Below, piece after piece: positions 31,960 through 42,454 of a DNA stretch of 64,000 nt (positions are counted from its first letter, which is position 1; the number at the start of each line of letters is the position of its first letter). The DNA is taken from positions 3,328,001 through 3,392,000 of the forward strand of contig CAVUSO010000001.1 of NCBI GenBank assembly GCA_963744145.1, read 5' to 3'. The DNA is from an uncultured cyanobacterium (GTDB lineage: Bacteria; Cyanobacteriota; Cyanobacteriia; Cyanobacteriales; CAWUOF01). The position numbers and the translations under genes are program-made. The notes below the pieces were generated by a model that did no database searches, was not told where the DNA came from, and worked only from the letters and a program-made list of their open reading frames with translations.

Positions 31960-32973
31960 TCATAATTTAGGAAAAACTTGTTGAATTCCCATGATAAAAT
32001 AATGATAATCTCGTTTAGGTAGAAAGTTTAAATTTTCTCTACCATTCAAGACTATAAAACTAAAAAACAGCGACAGCATTATCGCTTGCATCAAAACTAT
32101 AAATAATAGCAAGACCATATAAGATGCCCAACCAGGAATTGCTAAATTAGTTGCCAACCTAATAATTATTACTATACTTATTGCTGTGAAAGCGAATCCA
32201 ATTAGCATAACAGTTACCATTAATAGCCTAACTCCAACCACATCTCCATTAACAGAAATTGCGCTTAAACCATGAGTTACTAAGGAGACAAAATTCATTT
32301 TTGGTTTGCCAGCCAAGCGCATTCCCCTACTACTAGCAATTTCTGTATAAGGAACTTTCGCTTTCAACAAACCGACAGCATAATGATTCCACAATTCCGA
32401 AACAACTACCAATCTGCAAAGAATTTTGTAGGGAATTATGCTAAAATTGCCCACCTGAATATTATGTCCAGTAAGTAACTTATATAATTGTTTGTAAAAG
32501 ATATAAAATAGCTTAAACAACAAAATTTCTGATCGCTTACTCCTTCGAGCAAAAACTGCCTTTTTATATTCTTCCCTTTGGCATTTTTGAATTAGGCGAA
32601 TCACATCTCTTGGTTCATCTTCCCCATCGCCATCCATCACCACCACAGCTTGGTAATATAAATTTGCTTCAATATAAGCTAAACCAATGGCGATCGCTCT
32701 TTGATGACCAATATTTCTCCGTAACTCTAAAATGTCGATCCTTTGAATAGCCCTTAATCGATTGCAGATAAAATCCTGATAAATGGGAATATTAGAAGCA
32801 TCATCTACAATTAAAACATCAGCTTGGATGCTTTTATGGTACAAATGCTCATCTAAGCCAATTAGCAATAACTCTACCGCTTTCCAGTCATTAAACACTG
32901 GAATCATGATTAAAATAGACTGATTTTCATTCTTAGGGCGTTCTTTAGTTGATTTCTCAAACACAAAAGACAT
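31960..32973 (-). CDS. Family 2 glycosyltransferase (GtrB/ArnC-like)
   Basis: IPVFN, VDDAS, RNIGHQRA, MDGDGED and two C-terminal TM helices. Confidence 0.88.
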   Translation of the reverse strand: MSFVFEKSTKERPKNENQSILIMIPVFNDWKAVELLLIGLDEHLYHKSIQADVLIVDDASNIPIYQDFICNRLRAIQRIDILELRRNIGHQRAIAIGLAYIEANLYYQAVVVMDGDGEDEPRDVIRLIQKCQREEYKKAVFARRSKRSEILLFKLFYIFYKQLYKLLTGHNIQVGNFSIIPYKILCRLVVVSELWNHYAVGLLKAKVPYTEIASSRGMRLAGKPKMNFVSLVTHGLSAISVNGDVVGVRLLMVTVMLIGFAFTAISIVIIIRLATNLAIPGWASYMVLLLFIVLMQAIMLSLFFSFIVLNGRENLNFLPKRDYHYFIMGIQQVFPKL

Positions 32974-33028
32974 ATCACTCTCTCACCTTTTCCTACTCCT
33001 CAAGAATGAAGTGTGGGCTGAAGTCCAA

Positions 33029-33784
33029 CTACCTGCCTAATTTCATTAAGACTCCTGGCTCGGTTTGGATGGGTACTATATCTAAAATATCCAGTTCCGC
33101 ACAATATTTTAGGTCTTCAATAATATTTAAACGTTGCAGACGTTTACCGTGACTAGCATGATAGAACATATTTAAGAGATTGTCTTGCCACTGACGAAAC
33201 AGGGCGATCGCTTCGATTACTTCATCGTTACCAGCAAAATCACTTAATGGATATCCAATTTCTGTGATTAACTGGTCAGCGATCGCACCAGCACAAGCTG
33301 TATCTTCGAGGGAAAAACTTCCTTCCCAACCCGAACCCACAATCCAAACTGTGGCTGGTTTTTGCTCAATGATATAATTTACAACTGCCTCACGATTAAT
33401 CAATGCTCCAGCTAAAACTATTGGTGCTTTTTGGATACACTGGAGCGCACGAGTGCCGTTAGTGGTACTAATAAATAATCGACAACCTTGAACTCGTTCG
33501 GGGGTACAGTCTAGCGGTGAATTACCGAAATCGCAATCAGCAACTTTTGCTCCACCTCTTTCACCAGCACGAATCCGTTTATCAGCGGGCCACTTGGCGC
33601 TCTGCTCCATTAATTCTTGCAAGTCGCTAAAGACTTGCACAGCTTCAGCACCAGCATTTAAAGCAGTAGCAATGGTACTTGTGGCTCGGAGGACATCAAC
33701 AGCGATCGCGCATTCGGGTACGCTATCCGTTGGGGTTAGTTCTGGTGTATGATATATAAATAATTTCACGCTTTTTGCTTGCAA
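33029..33784 (-). CDS. comB: 2-phosphosulfolactate phosphatase family
   Basis: [26 protein letters not shown] motifs. Confidence 0.9.
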   Translation of the reverse strand: MQAKSVKLFIYHTPELTPTDSVPECAIAVDVLRATSTIATALNAGAEAVQVFSDLQELMEQSAKWPADKRIRAGERGGAKVADCDFGNSPLDCTPERVQGCRLFISTTNGTRALQCIQKAPIVLAGALINREAVVNYIIEQKPATVWIVGSGWEGSFSLEDTACAGAIADQLITEIGYPLSDFAGNDEVIEAIALFRQWQDNLLNMFYHASHGKRLQRLNIIEDLKYCAELDILDIVPIQTEPGVLMKLGR

Positions 33785-33795
33785 CTAATAATCAA

Positions 33796-33880
33796 CGGAG
33801 AAGGGGAGATTCGAACTCCCGGAACCTTTCGGTTCACTCGATTTCAAGTCGAGCGCAATCGACCACTCTGCCACCTCTCC
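33796..33880 (-). tRNA. tRNA-Ser(TGA)
   Basis: GGAGAGG acceptor stem, anticodon arm CTCGA-CTTGAAA-TCGAG, long variable arm, TTCGAAT. Confidence 0.96.
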
Positions 33881-33973
33881 AAACTGAAATATGCGATCCG
33901 ACTATATCACATCTAGTTGGTACTTTCTCTCAAATTGGCAAGAAAATTTATTCCTGAGTTTTTTTAAAATATT

Positions 33974-34903
33974 CTAGGCTAGTGGCACGATAGTCGGCGA
34001 TCGCCGATACAGAGTTTGCTCGGATTTAATTGTCAAGTCTGACCCCACCCAGACCAAGGAGATCCGTGCAACAGTTTCCCCTTCCAACCAGACGAGGGAA
34101 AAATTACGTTGTTTGGCAGCTCCACTGTTGATAATGCGCGGGACACTAGCAGCATTTAAGTAAATTGTCCGTTCTGGACTCAGATGAACTGCTTTGCGCT
34201 GTTGGGTTTTACTATGACGTAAACGATGGTGCATATGTCCAAAAGCAACCAGGGGAATCACTTTACCATAGTCACGGGTAATGGCGATCGCTTCAGCCAA
34301 ATCTGGATCACCAAAATCCCCACCCATAGGTTGCCAATCTCTCCCACAGGGATCTTCGGGGCGATCGCCTAAACCTAGTGGGCCATTATGTCCTAAGAAA
34401 ATCACTTTTGCATAAGTTGTCTTCTGAACTGCATCCATAATCCGTTCCGTCGATTCAACGAAACTATTTATTCCTAACCATTCTTGATAAAACTGTCCAT
34501 ATTTCCATTCTTGTCCCCCCCAAGTAAAGGGACGACCACCTACTACTGATAAACCTAGTTCGGGAAAATCTAGGTGACTATAACCGACATGGGTATGGCC
34601 CAATAATTCTAGTTGTTGTTTTAACCAGTCTTCAGTTTGCCGATTATAGGGACATTTACTTCTGCCCCAGTCTGTCGCTGTATACCATGCGTCGTGGTTT
34701 CCCAAGATTACAGCTTTGGGTATGTCTAGCGCGGCGATCGCTTGGACTACTGACACTGCTTCATTGCCAAAATCGCCCACAAATAACACTAAATCAACAC
34801 CCAAGTGCTGAAGAGCAATACCATCTTCCTCTTCCCACTGATCATGGACATCCCCAACTACTGCTATTTTAATTGGGCGATCTAAATTGGTCTGACTATT
34901 CAT
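33974..34903 (-). CDS. Metallophosphoesterase (TIGR04168/DevT-like)
   Basis: GDVH, GDFGNE, GNHD, GHMH motifs. Confidence 0.85.
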   Translation of the reverse strand: MNSQTNLDRPIKIAVVGDVHDQWEEEDGIALQHLGVDLVLFVGDFGNEAVSVVQAIAALDIPKAVILGNHDAWYTATDWGRSKCPYNRQTEDWLKQQLELLGHTHVGYSHLDFPELGLSVVGGRPFTWGGQEWKYGQFYQEWLGINSFVESTERIMDAVQKTTYAKVIFLGHNGPLGLGDRPEDPCGRDWQPMGGDFGDPDLAEAIAITRDYGKVIPLVAFGHMHHRLRHSKTQQRKAVHLSPERTIYLNAASVPRIINSGAAKQRNFSLVWLEGETVARISLVWVGSDLTIKSEQTLYRRSPTIVPLA

Positions 34904-35510
34904 GCCATCTTTACTTTTGCTGTTCCTTCATCCAGAATAGACAAGCTCAACTAGTTTTTCCAACTAATTTTCAAATAGTAATTAATACTTATATAAATAA
35001 TCGGGGTCATAAAACTTGACTCTGATCAGTTTGATCATCTTAATGATCGTACAGTGCGATCGCCTGAAGTTTGAACTGTGCGATCGCGTTTGCTAAGATG
35101 ATCTGTAGTTTGGGATTGATCTGTGGGGTGAGGGCAGGTTGATGATGATTACTCATTTGTGACAGAATTGATCGGTGAACCTGCCCCTACAATAGGGTTG
35201 ATTGTTTAATTTTCTTTTTGATGCGATCGCATCCATTAATAATTATAAAATATATAGTTCATCAAACAGAAATATACTGGTGATCAATTAATTTGGTCTA
35301 ATTGTCCTATTGCTGCTAAATTAGTTATCGGTGAAGTGTCACTAACAATAATCACAAATCGCCCAATTTTTTCAGAGTTTCCAAGTCATATTGTAAATCT
35401 TCAACTTTTATCATTATTTTACTGAAAATGCAAGCTTTTTATGTTGGGATGGGTATAGTTTTGTCTAATTTAGACTTTTGGTGTGAATAAACCAGTAATA
35501 ATGATAAAAT

Positions 35511-38183
35511 TTGATCAGAACTCTACTCAAACAAAATCCCTTGTTACCTATGTCTACGAGTAAAGGATTTCGGGAACAACAGAAGATTATCGCATATTTG
35601 TTACTACATCCTAAACGGTTGGCAATTATAGAAGCTTGTCTAATCGGGATTGTTTCTGGATTAGCAGGTGTATTTTTTAGACAAGGAGTAGGATGGCTAG
35701 GCACATGGCGAGTTACCCCTCCTTTTGCGCTATCATCTTTGTTGTGGTTCCCTATAGTTGGATTAATTGGGGGCTTACTTTCTGGCTGGTTGGTAGAAAT
35801 ATTCGCACCAGAAGCATCAGGTGGAGGGATTATCCAAGTCAAAGCTGTCCTTGCTAATGTGCCAATGCCCTTAAATATGAGGATTGCTCTGATTAAAGCT
35901 GTAAGCTCTATCCTGGCACTAGGTTCAGGATTTACCTTAGGATCTGAAGCTCCCATCATCCAAATTGGTTCCGCCTTAGCTGCTCAATTAAGTCGTATTT
36001 TTCCCACTTCTCCAGATTACAGACGCCAATTAATTGCTGCTGGTGCAAGTGCTGGGTTAGCCGCTGAATTTAATACCCCGATGGGTGGTGTAATATTTGT
36101 GGTTGAAGAACTATTACATGATGTCTCCGGATTAACTCTTGGTCCAGCAATTATTGCGTCTTTTATTGGTGCAGTAATTTCCCGTATTTTAGGTGGAAAA
36201 AATCTCAACTTAGCTTTAAATTTAACCATCCATAATACCAGTTTTTCTGCTCACGAAATCCCCTGTTACATAATTTTGGGAGTACTGGCTGGATTGTTAG
36301 GGGGACTATTCAATCAAGGGATATTAGCAAGTTTTGCATTAAATAAACGTCTAGGGTTGACTACTAGTATTCGTGTTGGGTTAGCTGGTTTGATCTCTGG
36401 TTTAGTATTAGCAATGCTCCCAGAAGTCTTCCGAGATAACGCTGGATTAAGAGAATTTCTAATTAATGGTGAAGCTAATTGGACGATTACCAGCATTGCC
36501 TTTATTGTTCATTTTGTTCTTACTTTAGTTGCTGCTGGTTCAGGAGCGCCAGGAGGCTTATTGACTCCTTCTTTAATTTTGGGATCTGCCCTAGGATATC
36601 TAGTGGGATTTGCCCAAGTAAATTTGTTAGGAATAGGGTGGCCAACTACCTATGCTTTAGTTGGAATGGGAGCTTTTTTTACCGCTGTATCAAGAGCGCC
36701 AATTACCGCGATTGTTATGGTTTTTGAAATTACGACAAATTTTAATTTAGTTTTGCCCCTAATGATTGTCTCTATAGTTGCATATCTAGTCGCTGAGAAA
36801 GTTCATAGTGGATCACTTTATGATCACCTGTTAGAATTGAATGGAATTAACTTAAAAAAAGAAAAAATAGCTAATGACATTTTAATTGAACTCACAGCCA
36901 ATGATGTAATGCAAAGTCGAGTAGAAACTTTAAGCAGTAGTTTATCAATCCAAGAAGTTATTCAAGCTTTTTCTCGATCGCATCATCGCGGTTTTCCCAT
37001 AGTCAATGATGACCAACTGGTCGGGATTGTCACTCAAACCGATTTAGCTAATGCGGAGAAACTTCATTTACTACCAGATACACCAGTCAGTCAGATTATG
37101 ACTCCTCATCCCGTAACGGTGAACTCAACCGATACCCTCAGCCAAGTATTATATTTACTCAATCGTTACAAACTAAGTCGATTACCAGTTACAGATGGGA
37201 AAAAATTAGTCGGAATTATTACTCGTACCGATATAATTCGGGCACAATCCGATCGACTAACTGGTGAAATTGGTCAAGTCGGTCCCCATCCAGAACCTTC
37301 TTACTGTGTTTATCAAACAAGGGCAGCATCTGTGGGACAAGGACGATTATTAGTTCCCTTGAGTAATAGCCAAACCGCACCAGTATTACTACGATTAGCC
37401 GCAGCTATAGCACGCGATCGCAATTACGAACTAGAATGCTTGCAAATCATCTCCATTCCTCGACATAATTCCCCAACTCTTACCCCAGTTAGAACCACTA
37501 CTTCCCGTCGTCTGCTACAACAAGGGGAACGAGTAGGAAAGGAATGGGATATACCTGTACATACTCAAATACGGGTAGCACATGATCGCGCCCAAGCAAT
37601 TTTAGAAACCATCAAAGATCGACATATAGACTTAATCTTAATGGGCTGGAGCGGCACTACACCTACCCCCGGTCGGATCTTCGGTAACATTGTCGATACA
37701 ATAATTCGCCAAGCAGATTGCGACGTACTTTTGGTAAAATTTAGCGAAAAATTGATTAATTTGGATCAACACGATTACTCCCAATTGGGTTTAAACCGTT
37801 GGTTAGTGCCAATTCGCGGTGGTCCAAATGTCGCCCGAACTTTAGAGCTTTTACCTGCATTAATCGCGATTAGCGATACCCCAGAAATTCGGTTGTGTCA
37901 GGTATTTGAACGTAGTAACGAACATCCTGACACCACAGAACTAGATCAAGCTACCCAGTTACTCCAGGGTCAACTCAGCTGTCCAATTTTTTCTTTATCC
38001 GTTTGTTCCACTTCAGTTCCGGAAGCAATAATTGATATGACCCAGAAAGACCAATGCGATGTAATAGTCTTAGGAGCAAGTCGCGAAGGGTTATTACAAC
38101 AGGTAATTAAAGGGAATATTCCCGAAGCGATCGCCCGTGGTGTTAACAGCACCATCATTTTAGTGCGTGGTGCGATACGCTAG
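35511..38183 (+). CDS. CLC chloride channel with CBS and USP domains
   Basis: GGGI, GSEAP, FNTP, two CBS domains, two USP-like domains. Confidence 0.9.
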   Translation: MIRTLLKQNPLLPMSTSKGFREQQKIIAYLLLHPKRLAIIEACLIGIVSGLAGVFFRQGVGWLGTWRVTPPFALSSLLWFPIVGLIGGLLSGWLVEIFAPEASGGGIIQVKAVLANVPMPLNMRIALIKAVSSILALGSGFTLGSEAPIIQIGSALAAQLSRIFPTSPDYRRQLIAAGASAGLAAEFNTPMGGVIFVVEELLHDVSGLTLGPAIIASFIGAVISRILGGKNLNLALNLTIHNTSFSAHEIPCYIILGVLAGLLGGLFNQGILASFALNKRLGLTTSIRVGLAGLISGLVLAMLPEVFRDNAGLREFLINGEANWTITSIAFIVHFVLTLVAAGSGAPGGLLTPSLILGSALGYLVGFAQVNLLGIGWPTTYALVGMGAFFTAVSRAPITAIVMVFEITTNFNLVLPLMIVSIVAYLVAEKVHSGSLYDHLLELNGINLKKEKIANDILIELTANDVMQSRVETLSSSLSIQEVIQAFSRSHHRGFPIVNDDQLVGIVTQTDLANAEKLHLLPDTPVSQIMTPHPVTVNSTDTLSQVLYLLNRYKLSRLPVTDGKKLVGIITRTDIIRAQSDRLTGEIGQVGPHPEPSYCVYQTRAASVGQGRLLVPLSNSQTAPVLLRLAAAIARDRNYELECLQIISIPRHNSPTLTPVRTTTSRRLLQQGERVGKEWDIPVHTQIRVAHDRAQAILETIKDRHIDLILMGWSGTTPTPGRIFGNIVDTIIRQADCDVLLVKFSEKLINLDQHDYSQLGLNRWLVPIRGGPNVARTLELLPALIAISDTPEIRLCQVFERSNEHPDTTELDQATQLLQGQLSCPIFSLSVCSTSVPEAIIDMTQKDQCDVIVLGASREGLLQQVIKGNIPEAIARGVNSTIILVRGAIR

Positions 38184-38218
38184 AAAATAATCAAGAAAAC
38201 TAATATAAAGCTAGATCC

Positions 38219-38827
38219 ATGATTCCCACAGTTATTGAACAGTCTGGCCGTGGTGAACGCGCCTTTGATATCTATTCGCGACTCCTCCGAGAGCGGATTG
38301 TCTTTTTGGGACAACAGATAGATGCCGATCTGGCTAACTTGATCGTGGCTCAGTTGCTGTTTTTAGATGCCGAAGATCCGGAAAAAGATATTTACCTTTA
38401 TATCAATTCACCCGGAGGGTCGGTGACGGCTGGCATGGGCATTTTTGATACCATGAATCATATTCGCCCGGAGGTTTCCACGATCTGTATTGGTTTGGCT
38501 GCTAGTATGGGAGCATTTCTGTTGAGTGCTGGTGCCAAAGGTAAGCGCATGAGTTTGCCCCATTCCCGGATTATGATCCATCAACCCCTCGGTGGCGCTC
38601 AAGGACAAGCAACAGATATTGAAATCCAAGCCAAAGAAATTTTGTACCACAAACGACGCTTGAATGAATTACTAGCGGCTAATACGAATCAGCCCCTAGT
38701 TAAAATCGAAGAGGATACGGACAGAGATTTCTATATGTCAGCCAAGGAAGCAATGGAATATGGTCTGGTTGATCAAGTAATTGACCGTCGTCCTTCTGCT
38801 ACCCGTCCTGTAGCTGCCGTCAGCTAG
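38219..38827 (+). CDS. clpP: ATP-dependent Clp protease proteolytic subunit
   Basis: [24 protein letters not shown] motifs. Confidence 0.97.
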   Translation: MIPTVIEQSGRGERAFDIYSRLLRERIVFLGQQIDADLANLIVAQLLFLDAEDPEKDIYLYINSPGGSVTAGMGIFDTMNHIRPEVSTICIGLAASMGAFLLSAGAKGKRMSLPHSRIMIHQPLGGAQGQATDIEIQAKEILYHKRRLNELLAANTNQPLVKIEEDTDRDFYMSAKEAMEYGLVDQVIDRRPSATRPVAAVS

Positions 38828-38907
38828 CGAGCAAAAATCAGTCCGGAGTAATTTTCCAGTAGGGGCGTAACCAAGGTTGCGCCCCTTACCATTTCCAACT
38901 CCTGAAT

Positions 38908-39852
38908 TTAAGGTGTGGGTAAAGATTCCAAATGGTGGAGAAATTGCAATAACTCGGCGTGACTTAGCAGTGCTCGCAAGGTCTTACCCTTACCATAGGT
39001 GCGTTCTAGGTAATTTTTTCCTTCTTCAGGAGTCCAACCCAGACGCTTCAGCTCGATATCAGTAGCGCCGATCGCCTCCATACAATTTAAGAAATTGATC
39101 ACTTCAGCATCATTAAGTTCATGGAGAGAGTGCTTGCGATAAGTTTTTTCTAAGTAACTACGTTTTTGTTTATCACTCCAACCGAATTGTTTTAGTAGCC
39201 CATTGATTTTCGCGATCGCATCACTAAGATCAGTCATAGTTTCACCCGGAACAGTATTAATTTCACTGATCACGGGATTTTGATTAATTAGCGGATCACT
39301 AATCTGGCTCAGGATTTCTGTTGATGGACTGCTGATTTCGCTCACCACAGTATATTCAGGAATAATTGTCTCAATTGGTTCAGTTTCCCCATGATCAGCA
39401 GGTAAATTGATGTCTGACTCCAATGGTTGGTTAACTTCTAGTTGCGGATCTGATTGAGCAGAAATACTCGACCAAGTAGGAGAAGACCAATCTTTTGCCG
39501 TTGTACTCGTGAGGGGAGCTGGCCAAACTCCCTCGGGAATTTCTTTTGTTTCTGAAGTTGAAGTAAACAAATCTGGAGAAAAAGAAGTATTGTTTGTAGA
39601 AGGTGCCGTTCTTGATATTTCTGAGGAAGCGGATCGTCCCGGGGCAATGGGCTGAATACTTAAAACCTCCAAAGCCCTAATGCGAGCTCGGTTTTCTGCT
39701 ATTTCGATCGCGTCATCAGCAGCTAGACCTGTGGCTAAAGTAACGCCATCTACGATCACTGAAGCTCGCACTACATAAATTCCTTGGTTAATTTTCACTA
39801 ACTCAGAAATTAAACTGCCCGTAGGATAATGGTTTCGGAATTGTGCAAACAT
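38908..39852 (-). CDS. Conserved cyanobacterial hypothetical protein
   Basis: 314 aa; globular N-terminus, low-complexity linker, two LGW..E..YL..TY repeats. Confidence 0.75.
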   Translation of the reverse strand: MFAQFRNHYPTGSLISELVKINQGIYVVRASVIVDGVTLATGLAADDAIEIAENRARIRALEVLSIQPIAPGRSASSEISRTAPSTNNTSFSPDLFTSTSETKEIPEGVWPAPLTSTTAKDWSSPTWSSISAQSDPQLEVNQPLESDINLPADHGETEPIETIIPEYTVVSEISSPSTEILSQISDPLINQNPVISEINTVPGETMTDLSDAIAKINGLLKQFGWSDKQKRSYLEKTYRKHSLHELNDAEVINFLNCMEAIGATDIELKRLGWTPEEGKNYLERTYGKGKTLRALLSHAELLQFLHHLESLPTP

Positions 39853-40046
39853 AAAACTCCCGGAATGTTTCCTAAAGTACGCACTAAAACTAAAATTAGA
39901 TCAAGAGTAATCACTCTAATCTGGCAAGATTGAGCGTGTGAGTGTGTTTAATCCCACTTTTGATCATTTTGGGCGAGCAAGCAGGTCTAAAAAACCCAAA
40001 TTATCGCCTAGGTAACCGAGTTAAGAGAACAAGGACTATTCGCTAC

Positions 40047-42383
40047 ATGGAATTTTCGATCGCGACACTGCTTTCCAATTTTGCAGATGATAAATTGGTT
40101 GCCCCTAAAATCTTGGAGAAGAAATTAGGATGTCAAGATGAAACTAGTCTTGATAAGTTGCAAATTGCTTTAGATGTACTCGAGAAAATCGGCTTATTAA
40201 TTAAAGAAAAAGGCCGTTATCGACGAGTAGGTGAAGAAGGGATCGTTGAAGCTAAACTCCGCTGTTCGAGCAAAGGTTTTTGCTTTGCGATTCAAGATAC
40301 GGAAGGTGCCGAAGATATATATATTCGTGAATGTCATCTGAGTAATGCTTGGAATGGCGATCGGGTGTTGGTGAAAATTATCAAAGAAGGTAGTCGTCGT
40401 CGCTCTCCGGAAGGAGAGGTCCGGTTAATTTTAGAACGCGGTAATCCTTCAGTTTTAGCACGGGTGAAACAAACTGAAGTCGGCTATCGAGCGGTTCCTT
40501 TAGATGATCGCCTGTTATTTGAACTCCAACTGAAAGCCAATGGCAATAACTTAGAAGAAGCGATCGATCATTTAGTACATGTCGAAGTTCTGCGCTACCC
40601 TTTAGGACAAAATCTGCCCCTAGGTCGCATCGCTAAGATTCTCGGAATTGATGCTGAAGCAGCTAATGATCTAGATATCGTTTGCTGTAAACATGATTTA
40701 CCCCGCAGTTTTCCTCCCCTGGTGATTGCGACTGGTAATGAGTTATCAAAAACAGTCCGGAAGGTGAATTTTAAAAATAGATTAGATCTACGTGATGTGT
40801 TTACGATCGCTTTTGTAGCTGAAAAAGAAATCAAAACCCAAGAGTCAGCGACGGAAATTACTGCTGCTAGTTATCCGATCGAACACGCGATCACTCTGGA
40901 AACTACTCACCAAACTGGTCAATGGCGTTTAGGTATTCATGTTACGGATGTTTCTCATTTTGTTCAACCTGAAGAAAAATTAGATCGAGAAAGCTTAAAA
41001 CGTGGCACTTCTGTACATCTAGGAGAAACCATCTTACCGATGTTACCTAAATATGTCAGTAGTGAAGTTTGTTCTTTATTACCAGAACAAGATCGATTGG
41101 CAATTTCGGTGTTGATCACTTTAAATGCGAAGGGACAGGTGTTAGAATTTGAAATTCAACCAACGGTCATCCATTTAGATGAATTAATCACCTATGAAAA
41201 AGCCACAGCAATTTTAGAACGTCGTGAGACTAATCGCATTCTGAGTCCGCTTTTGGAGCAACTTTTAGCACTCAGTATTCGTTTACAAGAACAGCGACAT
41301 CAACGTGGTGCTTTTGCCCTAAATTTGCCAGATAGTAAAAATCCCTATGAAGATGAAGGGCTGATTGGTGCGACGATCGTCTATCCCTCTCCTTCAATCA
41401 GGGCAATGATTACAGAGTTAATGATTCTAACTAATCAGCTTGTCGGAGAACATTTAAATGCGCTAGGAGTACCAACAATTTATCGAGTTCAACCTGCTCC
41501 TGATCCGGATGATGTGCAAGAGTTAATTAAATTGGCTAGCACTCTCGGGATTAATTTGCAATTGGAAAGTGAAGATACAGTTAATACTCAAGATATAAAA
41601 TTTTTTACCGAAGAGTTTGCTAAATCTCAAGCAGACAGAGTGTTAACTTATCAGTTACAATCCCTCCTTAGACCAGCACTTTACAGCACAACTCCCAAAC
41701 CTCATTTTGGACTAGCGTTGCATTCGGGATATACTCATTTTACTTCACCCATTCAACGTTATCCAGATTTGTTGGTGCAACGCTCCTTACAAGCAGTGTT
41801 TGAATTAGGTCGCGATCGCCGTACTACTCGGGCTAAAGAAAGGGTTAATTTGCGTCATAGTTCTTGTCACGGTAAAATTAACTGGAATGTATTACCTCCA
41901 GAAGTTCATCATGAATTAGAATCACGTTTGTCTGCTCAGATTGTCCATCTTACTGATCGAGAAAAAGTCGCTTTTGAAGCTCAAGCAGATCTAAGTGGAT
42001 TACAAAAAGCTGGGTTGATGAAAGAACGTACAGGGGAAACTTTTCCAGGATTAATTACAGGTGTTCAGTCTTATGGTTTCTTTGTCGAAATTGAACTCCC
42101 TGGTCCGAAAAATGAACCCCTGAGAGTCGAAGGACTGGTTCATGTTTCCTCGCTCAAAGATGACTGGTATGAATATCGTTCTCGACAAATGACTCTGGTT
42201 GGTCGGAAAAATCGTGCTTCCTATCGATTGGGCGATCGAGTAGAAGTTCAAGTTAAAAGCGTAGATTACTATCGTCAGCAAATAGACTTAGCTGTCGTCA
42301 GTGGTGGTAGTCAAGATGCGGATGATTATGATGATGCGCCTAATTCCGATTTGTCTTTTGACAACGATCCCTATGATTTTTAA
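40047..42383 (+). CDS. rnr: Ribonuclease R/II family protein
   Basis: Cold-shock domains, HFGLA..YTHFTSPI.RYPDL, C-terminal S1 domain. Confidence 0.9.
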   Translation: MEFSIATLLSNFADDKLVAPKILEKKLGCQDETSLDKLQIALDVLEKIGLLIKEKGRYRRVGEEGIVEAKLRCSSKGFCFAIQDTEGAEDIYIRECHLSNAWNGDRVLVKIIKEGSRRRSPEGEVRLILERGNPSVLARVKQTEVGYRAVPLDDRLLFELQLKANGNNLEEAIDHLVHVEVLRYPLGQNLPLGRIAKILGIDAEAANDLDIVCCKHDLPRSFPPLVIATGNELSKTVRKVNFKNRLDLRDVFTIAFVAEKEIKTQESATEITAASYPIEHAITLETTHQTGQWRLGIHVTDVSHFVQPEEKLDRESLKRGTSVHLGETILPMLPKYVSSEVCSLLPEQDRLAISVLITLNAKGQVLEFEIQPTVIHLDELITYEKATAILERRETNRILSPLLEQLLALSIRLQEQRHQRGAFALNLPDSKNPYEDEGLIGATIVYPSPSIRAMITELMILTNQLVGEHLNALGVPTIYRVQPAPDPDDVQELIKLASTLGINLQLESEDTVNTQDIKFFTEEFAKSQADRVLTYQLQSLLRPALYSTTPKPHFGLALHSGYTHFTSPIQRYPDLLVQRSLQAVFELGRDRRTTRAKERVNLRHSSCHGKINWNVLPPEVHHELESRLSAQIVHLTDREKVAFEAQADLSGLQKAGLMKERTGETFPGLITGVQSYGFFVEIELPGPKNEPLRVEGLVHVSSLKDDWYEYRSRQMTLVGRKNRASYRLGDRVEVQVKSVDYYRQQIDLAVVSGGSQDADDYDDAPNSDLSFDNDPYDF

Positions 42384-42454
42384 TCGTTAGTAGTTAGACT
42401 TTAGTAGTTATTTTTTTGCTGCTAATGTCTATCTGCTCACAAAAAACATGGGTT

